Below are positions 51,831 through 62,543 of a stretch of DNA of 64,000 nucleotides, piece by piece. Position 1 is the stretch's first letter; each line of letters opens with the position of its first letter. The notes under the pieces were generated by a model. It had not been told where the DNA came from. It made no database searches and was given only the letters and a program-made list of their open reading frames with translations. Location: the NCBI GenBank assembly GCA_030390025.1, contig CM059428.1:168454001-168518000 (forward strand). Direction: 5' to 3'. The stretch comes from Squalus acanthias. Its lineage: Eukaryota. Made by a program: the position numbers and the translations under genes.

Positions 51831-52096
51831 CCTTCACTTTTAAAGATGCAGTTGTCTCTTGATCTCCTGAATCGCAGGTATATTCTCCAGCATCTTCGAC
51901 TTTTAGGCTATGAATAAGTAACTCAACACAGGAACCCTTTTGCTTCATTTCATGCTTCTCGCTTGGATGAAGTACCACAGATCCCTTCCTCCATTCCACT
52001 GGGGCATCTGGTTTTGTGATCTCACAGTTCAGAATGGCAGTACCATCCTCTTCAGCTTCCTTGTTCTGAAGCTCTTGTTTGAAAAGCACAGAAGGG
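51831..52096 (-). pseudogene. OBSCN: Obscurin Ig exon copy T, 266 nt (1-nt deletion near the 5' end)
   Basis: + strand reads CACAGAAGGG where all sibling copies read CACAGGAAGGG; splice sites intact. Confidence 0.7.
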
Positions 52097-52827
52097 CTAC
52101 GGGAGACAGTAATTTAGTTCATGATGCTGTACTTCAGTTAGAATTCAAAGCTGATCTCTGAACATCCACAAAATTTGAAACAAGTTTGATTTGAGGAAGC
52201 TATTCACTATCAGGGTTCTGCTATCATTCCTAAACAGCCTGAGCCTGCTATCATGGTTGTTATTGGCATTAGAACAGCTGGATTGGATTACTCCATGCTG
52301 TTAAACTGACAAATTGCTACTTTCTTGCGTGTTAATTTCTGCCAGCCGGAACTGAAGAACGTGAACATGTTCAATAACAGTTGATGTATGTCATAAAATC
52401 ATATACAATAACCATGTCTAACAAGACAACTAGTCTCCTACACATTCCCATTTTAGTCTCGATCGACTGTATCACAAGCAGACACTTGCCATTTCTATGT
52501 AATTCCAGACTTTTCTGTAAAGCTTCATTAAATGTTCAATGCAGTTCAGAATATTTTTAACCAATGTATATACTAATATACATATACTAATATATTTCAA
52601 ACTAATGGGTAAAAAGAACACTATCTATAAATCTATGTTGCATTTTCCACCTCCCAAAAAGTGCTGACTTTCATAAAGTGTGGAGGTATTTTGATGTCAA
52701 ACAACAAAATAAAATATATTTTAACAAGAAATTCATATCGCCTGCAATTATGGATCAAGTGTTGGATAAAATCTTATGAGAAGACGGACAATAAATTAAT
52801 CATCAAGAATAACGATTGTTGTCCTAC

Positions 52828-53094
52828 CCTTCACTTTTAGCAAGCCCATTGTCTGCTGATCTCCTGAATCGCAGGTATATTCTCCAGCATCTTCAAGTTT
52901 CAGGCCATGAATAAGCAGCTCAACACAGGAACCCTTTTGCTTCATTTCATGCTTCTCGCTTGAATGAAGTACCACAGATCCCTTCCTCCATTCCACTGGG
53001 GCGTCTGGTTTTGTGATCTCACAGTTCAGAATGGCAGTGCCATCCTCTTCAGCTTCCTTGTTCTGAAGCTCTTGTTTGAAAAGCACAGGAAGGG
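52828..53094 (-). CDS. OBSCN: Obscurin Ig exon copy U (267 nt)
   Basis: cttag|CC, AAGG|GTAGG; ..HGLKLEDAGEYTCDSGDQQTMGLLKVK. Confidence 0.9.
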
Positions 53095-53799
53095 CTAAGG
53101 GAGACAGTAATTTAGTTCATGATGATGTACTAACTGAACACCCACAAAACCTCAAACAAGCTCACTAAAGGAAAACAATGTTTGAGGAAGCTATTCAATT
53201 TTTTGGTTCTGCTAGCATTCCTGAACATTGTTCTTACGGTTGTTGACCTTAGAATTGCTGGACTGGATTACACCTTGCTGGTAACTGACAAATTGCTACT
53301 TTCTTGTGAGCTGATTAATTTCTGTCAGACTGAACTGAAGAATGTTATAATTTGCTATAACAGTTTAAGCATGTCACAGGACCATACGCCCTAACTATGT
53401 CTGACGAGACAACTGGTCTCCTACCCATTCTTAATTTAGTCCATATCGAGTGCATCACAAGTAGACACTCCATATCGACGTAATTCCAGACTTCGCTGCA
53501 AGCTTCACAGAAAGTTGAATTTAGTTTAGAATACTTTTTCCAATGCATATACTAATATTTCAAACTAATGTCACACTAATGGGTAAAAAATATAGAACAT
53601 TGACTGTAAAATATATTGCAATTTCAATCTCCCAAAAAAGTGCTGGCTTTCATAAAATGTGGAGCTATTTAGAGCTAAAATATAACGTATAATTTGAACA
53701 AGGAAGCTATGTTGCCAACAATTATGGATAAAGTGTTGGATAAAATCTTGAGAGTATGGACAATAAACTATTCATTAACAGTATTGGTTGTTGTCCTAC

Positions 53800-54066
53800 C
53801 CTTCACTTTTAGGAAACCCATTGTCTGCTGATCCCCTGAATCGCAGGTATATTCTCCAGCATCTTCGACTTTTAGGCTATGAATAAGCAACTCAACACAG
53901 GAACCCTTTTGCTTCATTTCATGCTTCTCGCTTGAATGAAGTACCACAGATCCCTTCCTCCATTCCACTGGGGCATCTGGTTTTGTGATCTCACAGTTCA
54001 GAATGGCAGTGCCATCCTCTTCAGCTTCCTTGTTCTGAAGCTCTTGTTTGAAGAGCACAGGAAGGG
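53800..54066 (-). CDS. OBSCN: Obscurin Ig exon copy V (267 nt)
   Basis: Same splice sites; ..QQTMGFLKVK. Confidence 0.9.
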
Positions 54067-54393
54067 CTAAGGGAGACAGTAATTTAGTTCACGATGATGT
54101 ACTTCAGTTAGGGTTCAAAACTGATTTCTGAACACCCACAACATTTCAAACAAGCTCACTAAAAAAAACAATGTTTGAGAAGGCTATTCAATATAAGGGT
54201 GCTGCCACCTCAAAACCCTGAACTTGCGCTTATGGTTGTTGTTGTCCCTAGAACCGCTGAATTAGATTACTCCTGGATGCTAACTGACAATTGCTACTTT
54301 CTTGTGAGTTGATAATTTTTCTCAGCCTGAACTGAAGAACGTCACAATTTGCAATCACAGTTTACGTACGTCACAAAATCAAACACCATAACT

Positions 54394-54537
54394 GGTGTAA
54401 GGGAGTCAAGGGTTACGGGGAGGGGGCAAGGAAGTGGTGTTGAGGCCAAGATCAGATCAGCCATGATCTTATTGAATGGCGGAGCAGGCTCGAGGGGCCA
54501 AATGACCTACTCCTACTCCTGCAACTTATGTCTTATG
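54394..54537 (+). mobile_element. Short CR1 3' end marking the gamma intron (TSD TAACT); duplicated at ~59986-60130
   Basis: GATCAGCCATGATCTTATTGAATGGCGGAGCAGG..CTTATG; absent from alpha and beta introns. Confidence 0.8.
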
Positions 54538-54951
54538 TAACTACATCTAACAACACAACTGGTGTCCTACCCATTCTTAATTTAGTTCCTAATCAGTGCA
54601 TCACAAGCATTTCTTTATAATTCCAGACTTCTCTGCATAACTTTGTAAAAAGTTCAACGCAGTGCAGAATATTTTTTCCAATTTACATACTAATATATTT
54701 CAAATTAATGTCACACTAATGGTTAAAATAAATATAGAATACTGACTATATAACTATGTTGCAAGTTCCACCTACCAAAAAGTGCTGACTTTCATAATAA
54801 TATGTGCAGTTATTTTGGAATGAAACAAAAATTAAAATATCATTTGAACACGGAAGCCATATCGACAACAATTATAGATAAAGTGGTGGATAAAATCTTA
54901 AGAGAAGATGGACAACAAACTATTCGATAAGAGTATTGGTTGTTGTCCTAC

Positions 54952-55218
54952 CCTTCACTGTTAGCACGCCCATTGTCTGCTGATCTCCTGAATCGCAGGT
55001 ATATTCTCCAGCATCTTCGACTTTTAGGCTATGAATAAGCAGCTCAACACAGGAACCCTTTTGCTTCATTTCATGCTTCTCGCTTGGATGAAGTACCACA
55101 GATCCCTTCCTCCATTCCACTGGGGCATCTGGTTTTGTGATCTCACAGTTCAGAATGGCAGTGCCATCCTCTTCAGCTTCCTTGTTCTGAAGCGCTTGTT
55201 TGAAAAGCACAGGAAGGG
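54952..55218 (-). CDS. OBSCN: Obscurin Ig exon copy W (267 nt)
   Basis: Same splice sites; ..QQTMGVLTVK. Confidence 0.9.
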
Positions 55219-55791
55219 CTAAGGGAGACAGTAATTTAGTTAACGATGATGTACTTCAGTTAAGATTCAAAACTGATTTCTGAACACCCACAAAACCTCA
55301 AACAAGCTCACTAAAACAATGTTTGAGGAAGTTATTCAATTTTTTGGTTCTGCGAGCATTCCTGAACATTGTTCTTACGGTTGTTGACCTTTGACTTGCT
55401 GGACTGGATTACACCTTGCTGGTAACTGACAAATTGCTACTTTCTTGTGAGCTGATAAATTCAGTCAGCCTGAACTGAAGAATGTTATAATTTGCTATAA
55501 CAGTTTAAGTATGTCACAGGACCATACACCTTAACGATGTCTGACGAGACAACTGGTCTCCTACCCATTCTTAATTTAGTCCATATCGAGTGCATCACAA
55601 GTAGACACTCCATATCGACGTAATTCCAGACTTCGCTGCAAGCTTCACAGAAAGTTGAATTTAGTTTAGAATATTTTTTCCAATGCATATACTAATATTT
55701 CAAACTAATGTCACACTAATGGGTAAAAAATATAGAACGTTGACTATAAAATATATTGCAATTTAAATCTCCCAAAAAAGTCATAGTCATA

Positions 55792-56159
55792 GGGGGAAAA
55801 ATTCAGTTGGTTGCGTCTCCCATTAGCGCCTTAAGAGGGCGCTAATGGGGCGCAAAGCATCTAGCGCCCAGGCGCGGCGATGTTTGCGCCGCTCGCGAAA
55901 TTAACTAGACATTTTGCAGCGGCGCTAAACACTACCGCCACGATCTCCTGCGCCGGCAGATCGTGACGTCAGTCGAGTGCGCAGTGCCCTGGTATCGCCC
56001 CGGAGCACATATTGAGTGGCGCCCCCTGCCTTACCGCCTGACGCTAGCAACGACAGGTTGAGGGGAGCGAATTGCAGTCATGAAGGGACTGGGGGAGCGC
56101 TATTTAAAGGCGACCGCTTCCTGCCTTTTATTGTTGGTGCCATTTTTGAACCACGCATT

Positions 56160-56198
<39 letters not shown>

Positions 56199-56700
56199 CT
56201 GGAGAGATTCAACGCTGTGTGAAGGAGTTTTGGGTACTGAGCAGCACTTTGCAGGTTCATTTTGATTTGCCATCCCTTGTATCGATTTAGAAGAGACTGT
56301 GGCGGCTGCACTCTAAGCTCTTTCCCTGGTACTCTCCATTGTTCTTTCCAGCAGATTTGATGTGCAGGTCTCTCCAGGCAGAGATTCAAGGCTGCAATGA
56401 GCAGGATGTGGATGGAAAGCAAGATCAACCATCCCCTTTAAGAACTGGCCGGTGCCATTGTGTGTGTGTTCCATTGCTGACTGACATCACATGAGCTTCG
56501 CCAGCGCTCTGAGGTAGCGCCGCGCTCCTCGGCCTTTGCGCCTTAAGACAGGTGTGAAGCGCCCGATTTAGCGCTCCAATCACCTCCAGGGGCGATAAAA
56601 GTCAAGTTTGCAGTCGGTGGCGATAATTAGCGCCAGGCGCTAATCTTTGCGCCCGGCCGATAATTGCGCCCCAAATGGGGCGATACTGAATTTCTCCCCC
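55792..56700. mobile_element. Harbinger-like MITE, family 1 (TSD ATA)
   Basis: TIRs GGGGGAAAAATTCAG / CTGAATTTCTCCCCC, 3-bp TSD ATA; internal (GA)n at ~56162-56194. Confidence 0.85.
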
Positions 56701-56817
56701 ATAGAGTCATAACGGCACAGAAGGAGGCCATTTGGCCCATCGAGTCCGTGCTGGCTCTCTGAAGAGCAATCCAGTCAGTCCCATTCTCCCGCTCTATCCC
56801 CGTGGCCCTGCAAATTT

Positions 56818-57605
56818 GGGCGCGATCTTGCCAGCCCTGGGGAGGCGGGCTAGCCGGGAAAACGGCAGAATGTGGGGGCAGGTGCCCATCCCGCCTCCGT
56901 GCCATCTTCCCAGGAGGCGGGTCGCCGACCTGCGCCGGATCCCGTCTCCTGGAGGCGGGAAGGGGATTACAGCCACTTAACTGCCTGTTAACAGGTAGTT
57001 AACAGGCAGATAAGAGGATTATCCCCATTTTACCCACACAAGTGCGGGCTTCCCGGAGGCTGCGAACCCCGCCAGGGTCACCGAGGCGAGCAGTGGGTCT
57101 GCGGGGTGCAAAAGTGTGCTGTGAAGGTAAGTGAATGGTGCAAGTGTGGAGAGGTGAGTATATGAGGTAAGTGGAAAGTGTTAGAAAAAGTTTACTTACC
57201 TTTGTTTCTTCCTGCAGGCTTCAATTGTTGGGGATGCGGAGAGTCTCGCATCTCCGCGGCAGAGATGACAGATGGCTGCTGCATTCTCCAATGCAACAAC
57301 CATCTAATTTCTGCTAAAAAATGAGGTTTGATGAGTCTTGAATACAAGAACTCATCAAACTACAGAGAATGTCAGCGTTTGACAGCTTCACAGAGCTGTC
57401 AAACGATGACAATTCATCTGTCAATACGCTGACGTTCTCTGTAACCGGCTTCCCCTTAATTGGCCTGCTAAGCCCGCTGGGCGGGCTTAACAAGGTCAAT
57501 CAAGGGAAAATAGCGTGGGTTGGCCACAAGTCGATGGAGGCGGGACTAAAACCCGACAAGTGGGAGTCCTGCCTCCAAAAGCTCCCCATTGGCAAAATCC
57601 AGCCC
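56818..57605. mobile_element. Harbinger-like MITE, family 2 (TSD TTT)
   Basis: TIRs GGGCGCGATCTTGCCA / TGGCAAAATCCAGCCC; the empty site is visible at ~770-790. Confidence 0.85.
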
Positions 57606-58094
57606 TTTATTTCCCTCAAGTGCCTATCCAGTCTCCCCTTGGAAACATTGAGTGTCTCTGTTTCCACAACTTCCGTCGGCAAAGAATTCCAGGTCATCAC
57701 CACTCACTGCGTTAAAACGTTTTTCCTCACATCCTCCCTGTATCTCTTGCCCAAAAACTTAAATCTGTGACCCCTAGTCCTTGTACCATCAACTAGTGGG
57801 AACAGCCTTTCCCCGTCTAGCCTATCCAAACCCGTCATAATCTTGTACACCTCTATCAAATCACCCCTCAACCTCCTTTGCTCTAATGAAAACAAATCCA
57901 GCTTCTTCAACCTGTCCTTGTAGCTAAGATCCCCCATTACCAGGAACCATTCTGGTAAATCTCCTCTGCACCCACTCAAGGGCCTTCACATCCTTCCTAA
58001 AGTGTGGTGACCAGAACTGGATGCAATACTCCAGTTGTGGCCTAACCAGCGCTTTATAAAGGTTCAGCATAACTTCTCTACTTTTGTACTCAAT

Positions 58095-59040
58095 GGGGGA
58101 AAAATTGAGTCGCGCCCCCTTTGGGGTGCTAACTTCGCCGGGGCGTTACTTTTAGCGCCCCCAAAAAAATTAGCGCCGCCCACGGCCGAAATTCATCGGT
58201 AGCGCCCCAAGAGGGAAGCAGGGCGCTACTAGAAGCGCCCCGCCTCCCTCTTGGGGCGCTGTGAGGGGATATCGCGGCGCTACGTGCCGCAGTGCATGTC
58301 GCATCGCGGTACTGCAGGCCATCCTCCCCTTCTTAAAGGGGAGGGGCCTTGCGCAGCGCGACCCGGGGCCCAGCTGGGCCACCAGGGATCGGAGTGCAGG
58401 CAAAAGAGCCCAGCACTCAAGAGAAGTGCCGGGCTCACGGAGCTCAGCCGGCACTCCGCGGGGGGGCTGCAGGGGAGGCAGGAGACGGCAACGAGGGCAG
58501 GTGCTGGCAGGCGGCCAGCAACAAAAATGGCCGCCCGGCACCTCGCCTTTAATTAACACCGCCCTGGCCACAGGTAGACCCCCTTAACCCCGTCGGATAT
58601 AGCGTCCGGCGGTAAGTCAGGGGGTGCTACCGAAGATCGCAGTGCCGCGGGGCGCTAACGGTTACTGCCGCCGCTAACCTCCCGCTGAATTTCACGGGAG
58701 GCGTTGGCAGTGCCGCGCCCAGGCGCTAGTTGCTTTGCGCCCCATTAGCGCCCTCTTCGGTAGCGCCCCCTGACTGACCGCCGGACGCTATATCCGACGG
58801 GGTCAGGGGGGCCTTACTGTGGCCAGGGCGGTGTTAATTAAAGGCGAGGTGCCGGGCGGACATTTTTGTTGCTGGCTGCCTGCCAGCACCTGCCCCCGTT
58901 GCCGTCTCCGGCCTCCTCTGCAGCCCCCCCGCGGAGTGCCGGCTGAGCTCCGTGAGCCCAGCACTTCTCGAGTGCCGGGCTCTTTTGCCTGCACTCTTAG
59001 GGCGTTAACGGGAGGCGCAAAGCAAATGAATTTTTCCCCC
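58095..59040. mobile_element. Harbinger-like MITE, family 3 (ends shared with family 1), containing an internal inverted duplication
   Basis: TIRs GGGGGAAAAATTGA / TGAATTTTTCCCCC; GC-rich; TSD not clean (AAT/ATA). Confidence 0.75.
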
Positions 59041-59389
59041 ATAACCTCTATTTATGAAGCCCAAGGTCCCATATGCTTTGTTAACCACTCTCTCCATATG
59101 TCCTGCCACTTTCAGGGACCTATGCACATTAACTCCCAGGTCGCTCTGTCACTGCACACTCTTTAAAACTGTACCATTAAGTGTATATTGCCTATCCCTG
59201 CTCCTTCTGCCAAAATGCATCAGCTCACCCTTCTCTATATTAAATTCCATCTGCCACTTGTCTGCCCATTCTGCTAGCCTTTCTATGTCCTGTTGCAGTC
59301 GATTGGTATCATCACTGTTTGCCACACCCCCAAGTATGAGAAGATGGACATACTAAACTATTCATTAACAGTAATGGTTATTGTCCTAC

Positions 59390-59656
59390 CCTTCACTTTT
59401 AGGAAGGCCATTGTCTGCTGATTCCCTGAATCGCAGGTATATTCTCCAGCATCTTCAACTTTTAGTCTATGAATAAGCAACTCAATACAGGAACCCTTTT
59501 GCTTCATTTCATGCTTCTCGCTTGAATGAAGTACCACAGATCCCTTCCTCCATTCCACTGGGGCATCTGGTTTTGTGATCTCACAGTTCAGAATGGCAGT
59601 ACCATCCTCTTCAGCTTCCTTGTTCTGAAGCTCTTGTTTGAAGAGCACAGGAAGGG
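59390..59656 (-). CDS. OBSCN: Obscurin Ig exon copy X (267 nt)
   Basis: Same splice sites; ..SGNQQTMAFLKVK. Confidence 0.9.
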
Positions 59657-60542
59657 CTAAGGGAGACAGTAATTTAGTTCACGATGATGTACTTCAGTTA
59701 AGATTCAAAAACGATTTCTGAACACCCACAACATTTCAAAGAAGCTCACTAAAAAAACGATGTTTGAGAAGGCTATTCACCATCAGGATTCTGCCACCAT
59801 TCCTCAAAACCCTCAACTTGCACTTACAGTTGTTGTCCCTAGAACCGCTGAATTAGATTACTCCTGGATGCTAACTGACAAATTGCTACTTTCTTGTGAA
59901 TTGATAATTTTTCTCAGCCTGAACTGAAGAACGTCACAATTTGCAATCACAGTTTACGTATGTCACAAAATCAAACACCATAATTGGTGTAAGGGAGTCA
60001 AGGGTTATGGGGAGTGGGCAAGGAAGTGGAGTTGAGGCCAAGATCAGATCAGCCATGATCTTATTGAATGGCGGAGCAGGCTCGAGGTGCCAAATGACCT
60101 ACTCCTACTCCTGCATCTTATGTTCTTATGTAACTACATCTAACAACACAACTGGTGTCCTACCCATTCTTAATTTAGTTCCTAATGAGTGCATCACAAG
60201 CATTTCTTTATAATTCCAGACTTCTCTGCATAACTTTGTAAAAAGTTCAACGCAGTGCAGAATTTTTTTTCCAATTTATGTACTAATATATTTCAAATTA
60301 ATGTCACACTAATGGGTAAAATAAATATAGAATACTGACTATATAACTATGTTGCAAGTTCCACCTACCAAAAAGTGCTGACTTTCATAATAATATGTGG
60401 AGCTATTTTGGAATGAAACAAAAATTAAAATATCATTTGAACAAGGAAGCCATATCGACAACAATTATGGATAAAGTGTTGGATGAAATCTTGAGAAGAT
60501 GGACAACAAACTATTCGATAAGAGTATTGGTTGTTGTCCTAC

Positions 60543-60809
60543 CCTTCACTTTTAGCACGCCCATTGTCTGCTGATCTCCTGAATCGCAGGTATATTCTCC
60601 AGCATCTTCGACTTTTAGGCTATGAATAAGCAACTCAACACAGGAACCCTTTTGCTTCATTTCATGCTTTTCGCTTGGATGAAGTACCACAGATCCCTTC
60701 CTCCATTCCACTGGGGCGTCTGGTTTTGTGATCTCACAGTTCAGAATGGCAGTACCATCCTCTTCAGCTTCCTTGTTCTGAAGCTCTTGTTTGAAAAGCA
60801 CAGGAAGGG
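60543..60809 (-). CDS. OBSCN: Obscurin Ig exon copy Y (267 nt)
   Basis: Same splice sites; ..QQTMGVLKVK. Confidence 0.9.
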
Positions 60810-61541
60810 CTAAGGGAGACAGTAATTTAGTTCATGATGCTGTGCTTCTGTTATGGTTCAAAGCTGATTTCTGAACACCCACAAAATTTGAAACAAGCTT
60901 GATGTGAGGAAGCTATTCACTATCAGGGTTCTGCTATCATTCCTCAACAGCCTGAGCTTGCTATCATGGTTGTTATTGACATTAGAACAGCTGGATTGGA
61001 TTACTCCATGCTGTTAAACTGACAAATTGCTACTTTCTTGCGTGTTAATTTCTGCCAGCTGGAACTGAAGAACGTGAACATGTTCAATAACAGTTGATGT
61101 ATGTCATAAAATCATATACAATAACCATGTCTAACAAGACAACTAGTCTCCTACACATTCTCATTTTAGTCTCTATCGACTGCATCACAAGCAGACACTT
61201 GCCATTTCTATGTAATTCCAGACTTTTCTGTAAAGCTTCACTAAATGTTCAACGCAGTTCAGAATATTTTTAACCAATGTATATACTAATATACATATAC
61301 TAATATATTTCAAACTAATGGGTAAAAAGAACACTATCTATAAAGCTATGTTGCATTTTCCACCTCCCAAAAAGTGCTGACTTTCATAAAAGTGTGGAGA
61401 TATTTTGATGTCAAACAACAAAATAAAATATATTTTAACAAGAAATTCATATCGCCTGCAATTATGGATAAAGTGTTGGATAAAATCTTATGAGAAGACG
61501 GACAATAAATTAATCATCAAGAGTAACGATTGTTGTCCTAC

Positions 61542-61808
61542 CCTTCACTTTTAGCAAGCCCATTGTCTGCTGATCTCCTGAATCGCAGGTATATTCTCCA
61601 GCATCTTCAAGTTTCAGGCCATGAATAAGCAGCTCAACACAGGAACCCTTTTGCTTCATTTCATGCTTCTCGCTTGAATGAAGTACCACAGATCCCTTCC
61701 TCCATTCCACTGGGGCGTCTGGTTTTGTGATCTCACAGTTCAGAATGGCAGTGCCATCCTCTTCAGCTTCCTTGTTCTGAAGCTCTTGTTTGAAAAGCAC
61801 AGGAAGGG
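61542..61808 (-). CDS. OBSCN: Obscurin Ig exon copy Z (267 nt; protein identical to copy U)
   Basis: cgtag|CC, AAGG|GTAGG. Confidence 0.9.
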
Positions 61809-62513
61809 CTACGGGAGACAGTAATTTAGGTCACGATGATGTACTAACTGAACACCCACAAAACCTCAAACAAGCTCACTAAAGGAAAACAATGTTTGAG
61901 GAAGCTATTCAATTTTTTGGTTCTGCTAGCATTCCTGAACATTGTTCTTACGGTTGTTGACCTTAGAATTGCTGGACTGGATTACACCTTGCTGGTAACT
62001 GACAAATTGCTACTTTCTTGTGAGCTGATTAATTTCTGTCAGACTGAACTGAAGAATGTTATAATTTGCTATAACAGTTTAAGCATGTCACAGGACCATA
62101 CACCCTAACTATGTCTGACGAGAAAACTGGTCTCCTACCCATTCTTAATTTAGTCCATATCGAGTGCATCACAAGTAGACACTCCATATCTACGTAATTC
62201 CAGACTTCGCTGCAAGCTTCACAGAAAGTTGAATTTAGTTTAGAATACTTTTTCCAATGCATATACTAATATTTCAAACTAATGTCACACTAATGGGTAA
62301 AAAATATAGAACATTGACTGTAAAATATATTGCAATTTCAATCTCCCAAAAAAGTGCTGGCTTTCATAAAATGTGGAGCTATTTAGAGCTAAAATATAAC
62401 GTATAATTTGAACAAGGAAGCTATGTTGCCAACAATTATGGATAAAGTGTTGGATAAAATCTTGAGAGTATGGACAATAAACTATTCATTAACAGTAATG
62501 GTTGTTGTCCTAC

Positions 62514-62543
62514 CCTTCACTTTTAGGAAACCCATTGTCTGCT
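62514..62543 (-). pseudogene. OBSCN: 3' stub of a V-type Ig exon truncated by a CR1 insertion
   Basis: Matches 53800-53829 (..QTMGFLKVK G|GT), then switches abruptly to CR1 ORF1. Confidence 0.85.

Larger units (their letters stand above)
55781..59335 (-). mobile_element. CR1 3' fragment hosting three nested MITEs
   Basis: CR1 pieces at 55781-55791, 56701-56817, 57606-58094 and 59041-59335 join into one colinear ORF2 C-terminus + tail. Confidence 0.85.
2513..62543 (-). other. OBSCN: Obscurin gene, internal tandem-Ig region (partial; gene extends beyond both window ends)
   Basis: Series of GT-AG bounded, phase 1-1 exons each encoding one I-set Ig domain. The motifs LPVLFKQELQNxEAEE..C..PVEWRKG..Y.MKQ.G...EL.I..L..ED.GEYTC and EPDVTIV.GL....F.C.VS...VQW.L....LQ.NE.NEI.V..G.IHTL.L..V..D.GTV.F match obscurin Ig types as I recall them. 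Titin and OBSL1 are less likely. Confidence 0.85.

Noticed and set aside
53182-53548. Repeated short ORFs (MRKLFNF.., MHWKKYS..) recurring at 55485, 61896 and 62059
   Set aside because: They are by-products of beta-intron duplication and are not preserved in the alpha or gamma introns.
51831-62543. Regularly spaced near-identical repeats as a CRISPR array or bacterial repeat system
   Set aside because: The units are 267-nt spliced Ig exons with homologous (not unique) spacers in vertebrate DNA; no cas genes.
2513-62543. Ig exons as antigen-receptor (IgNAR/TCR) V segments
   Set aside because: They are I-set domains without leader exons. I saw no consistent heptamer/nonamer RSS at exon ends; the boundaries are splice sites.
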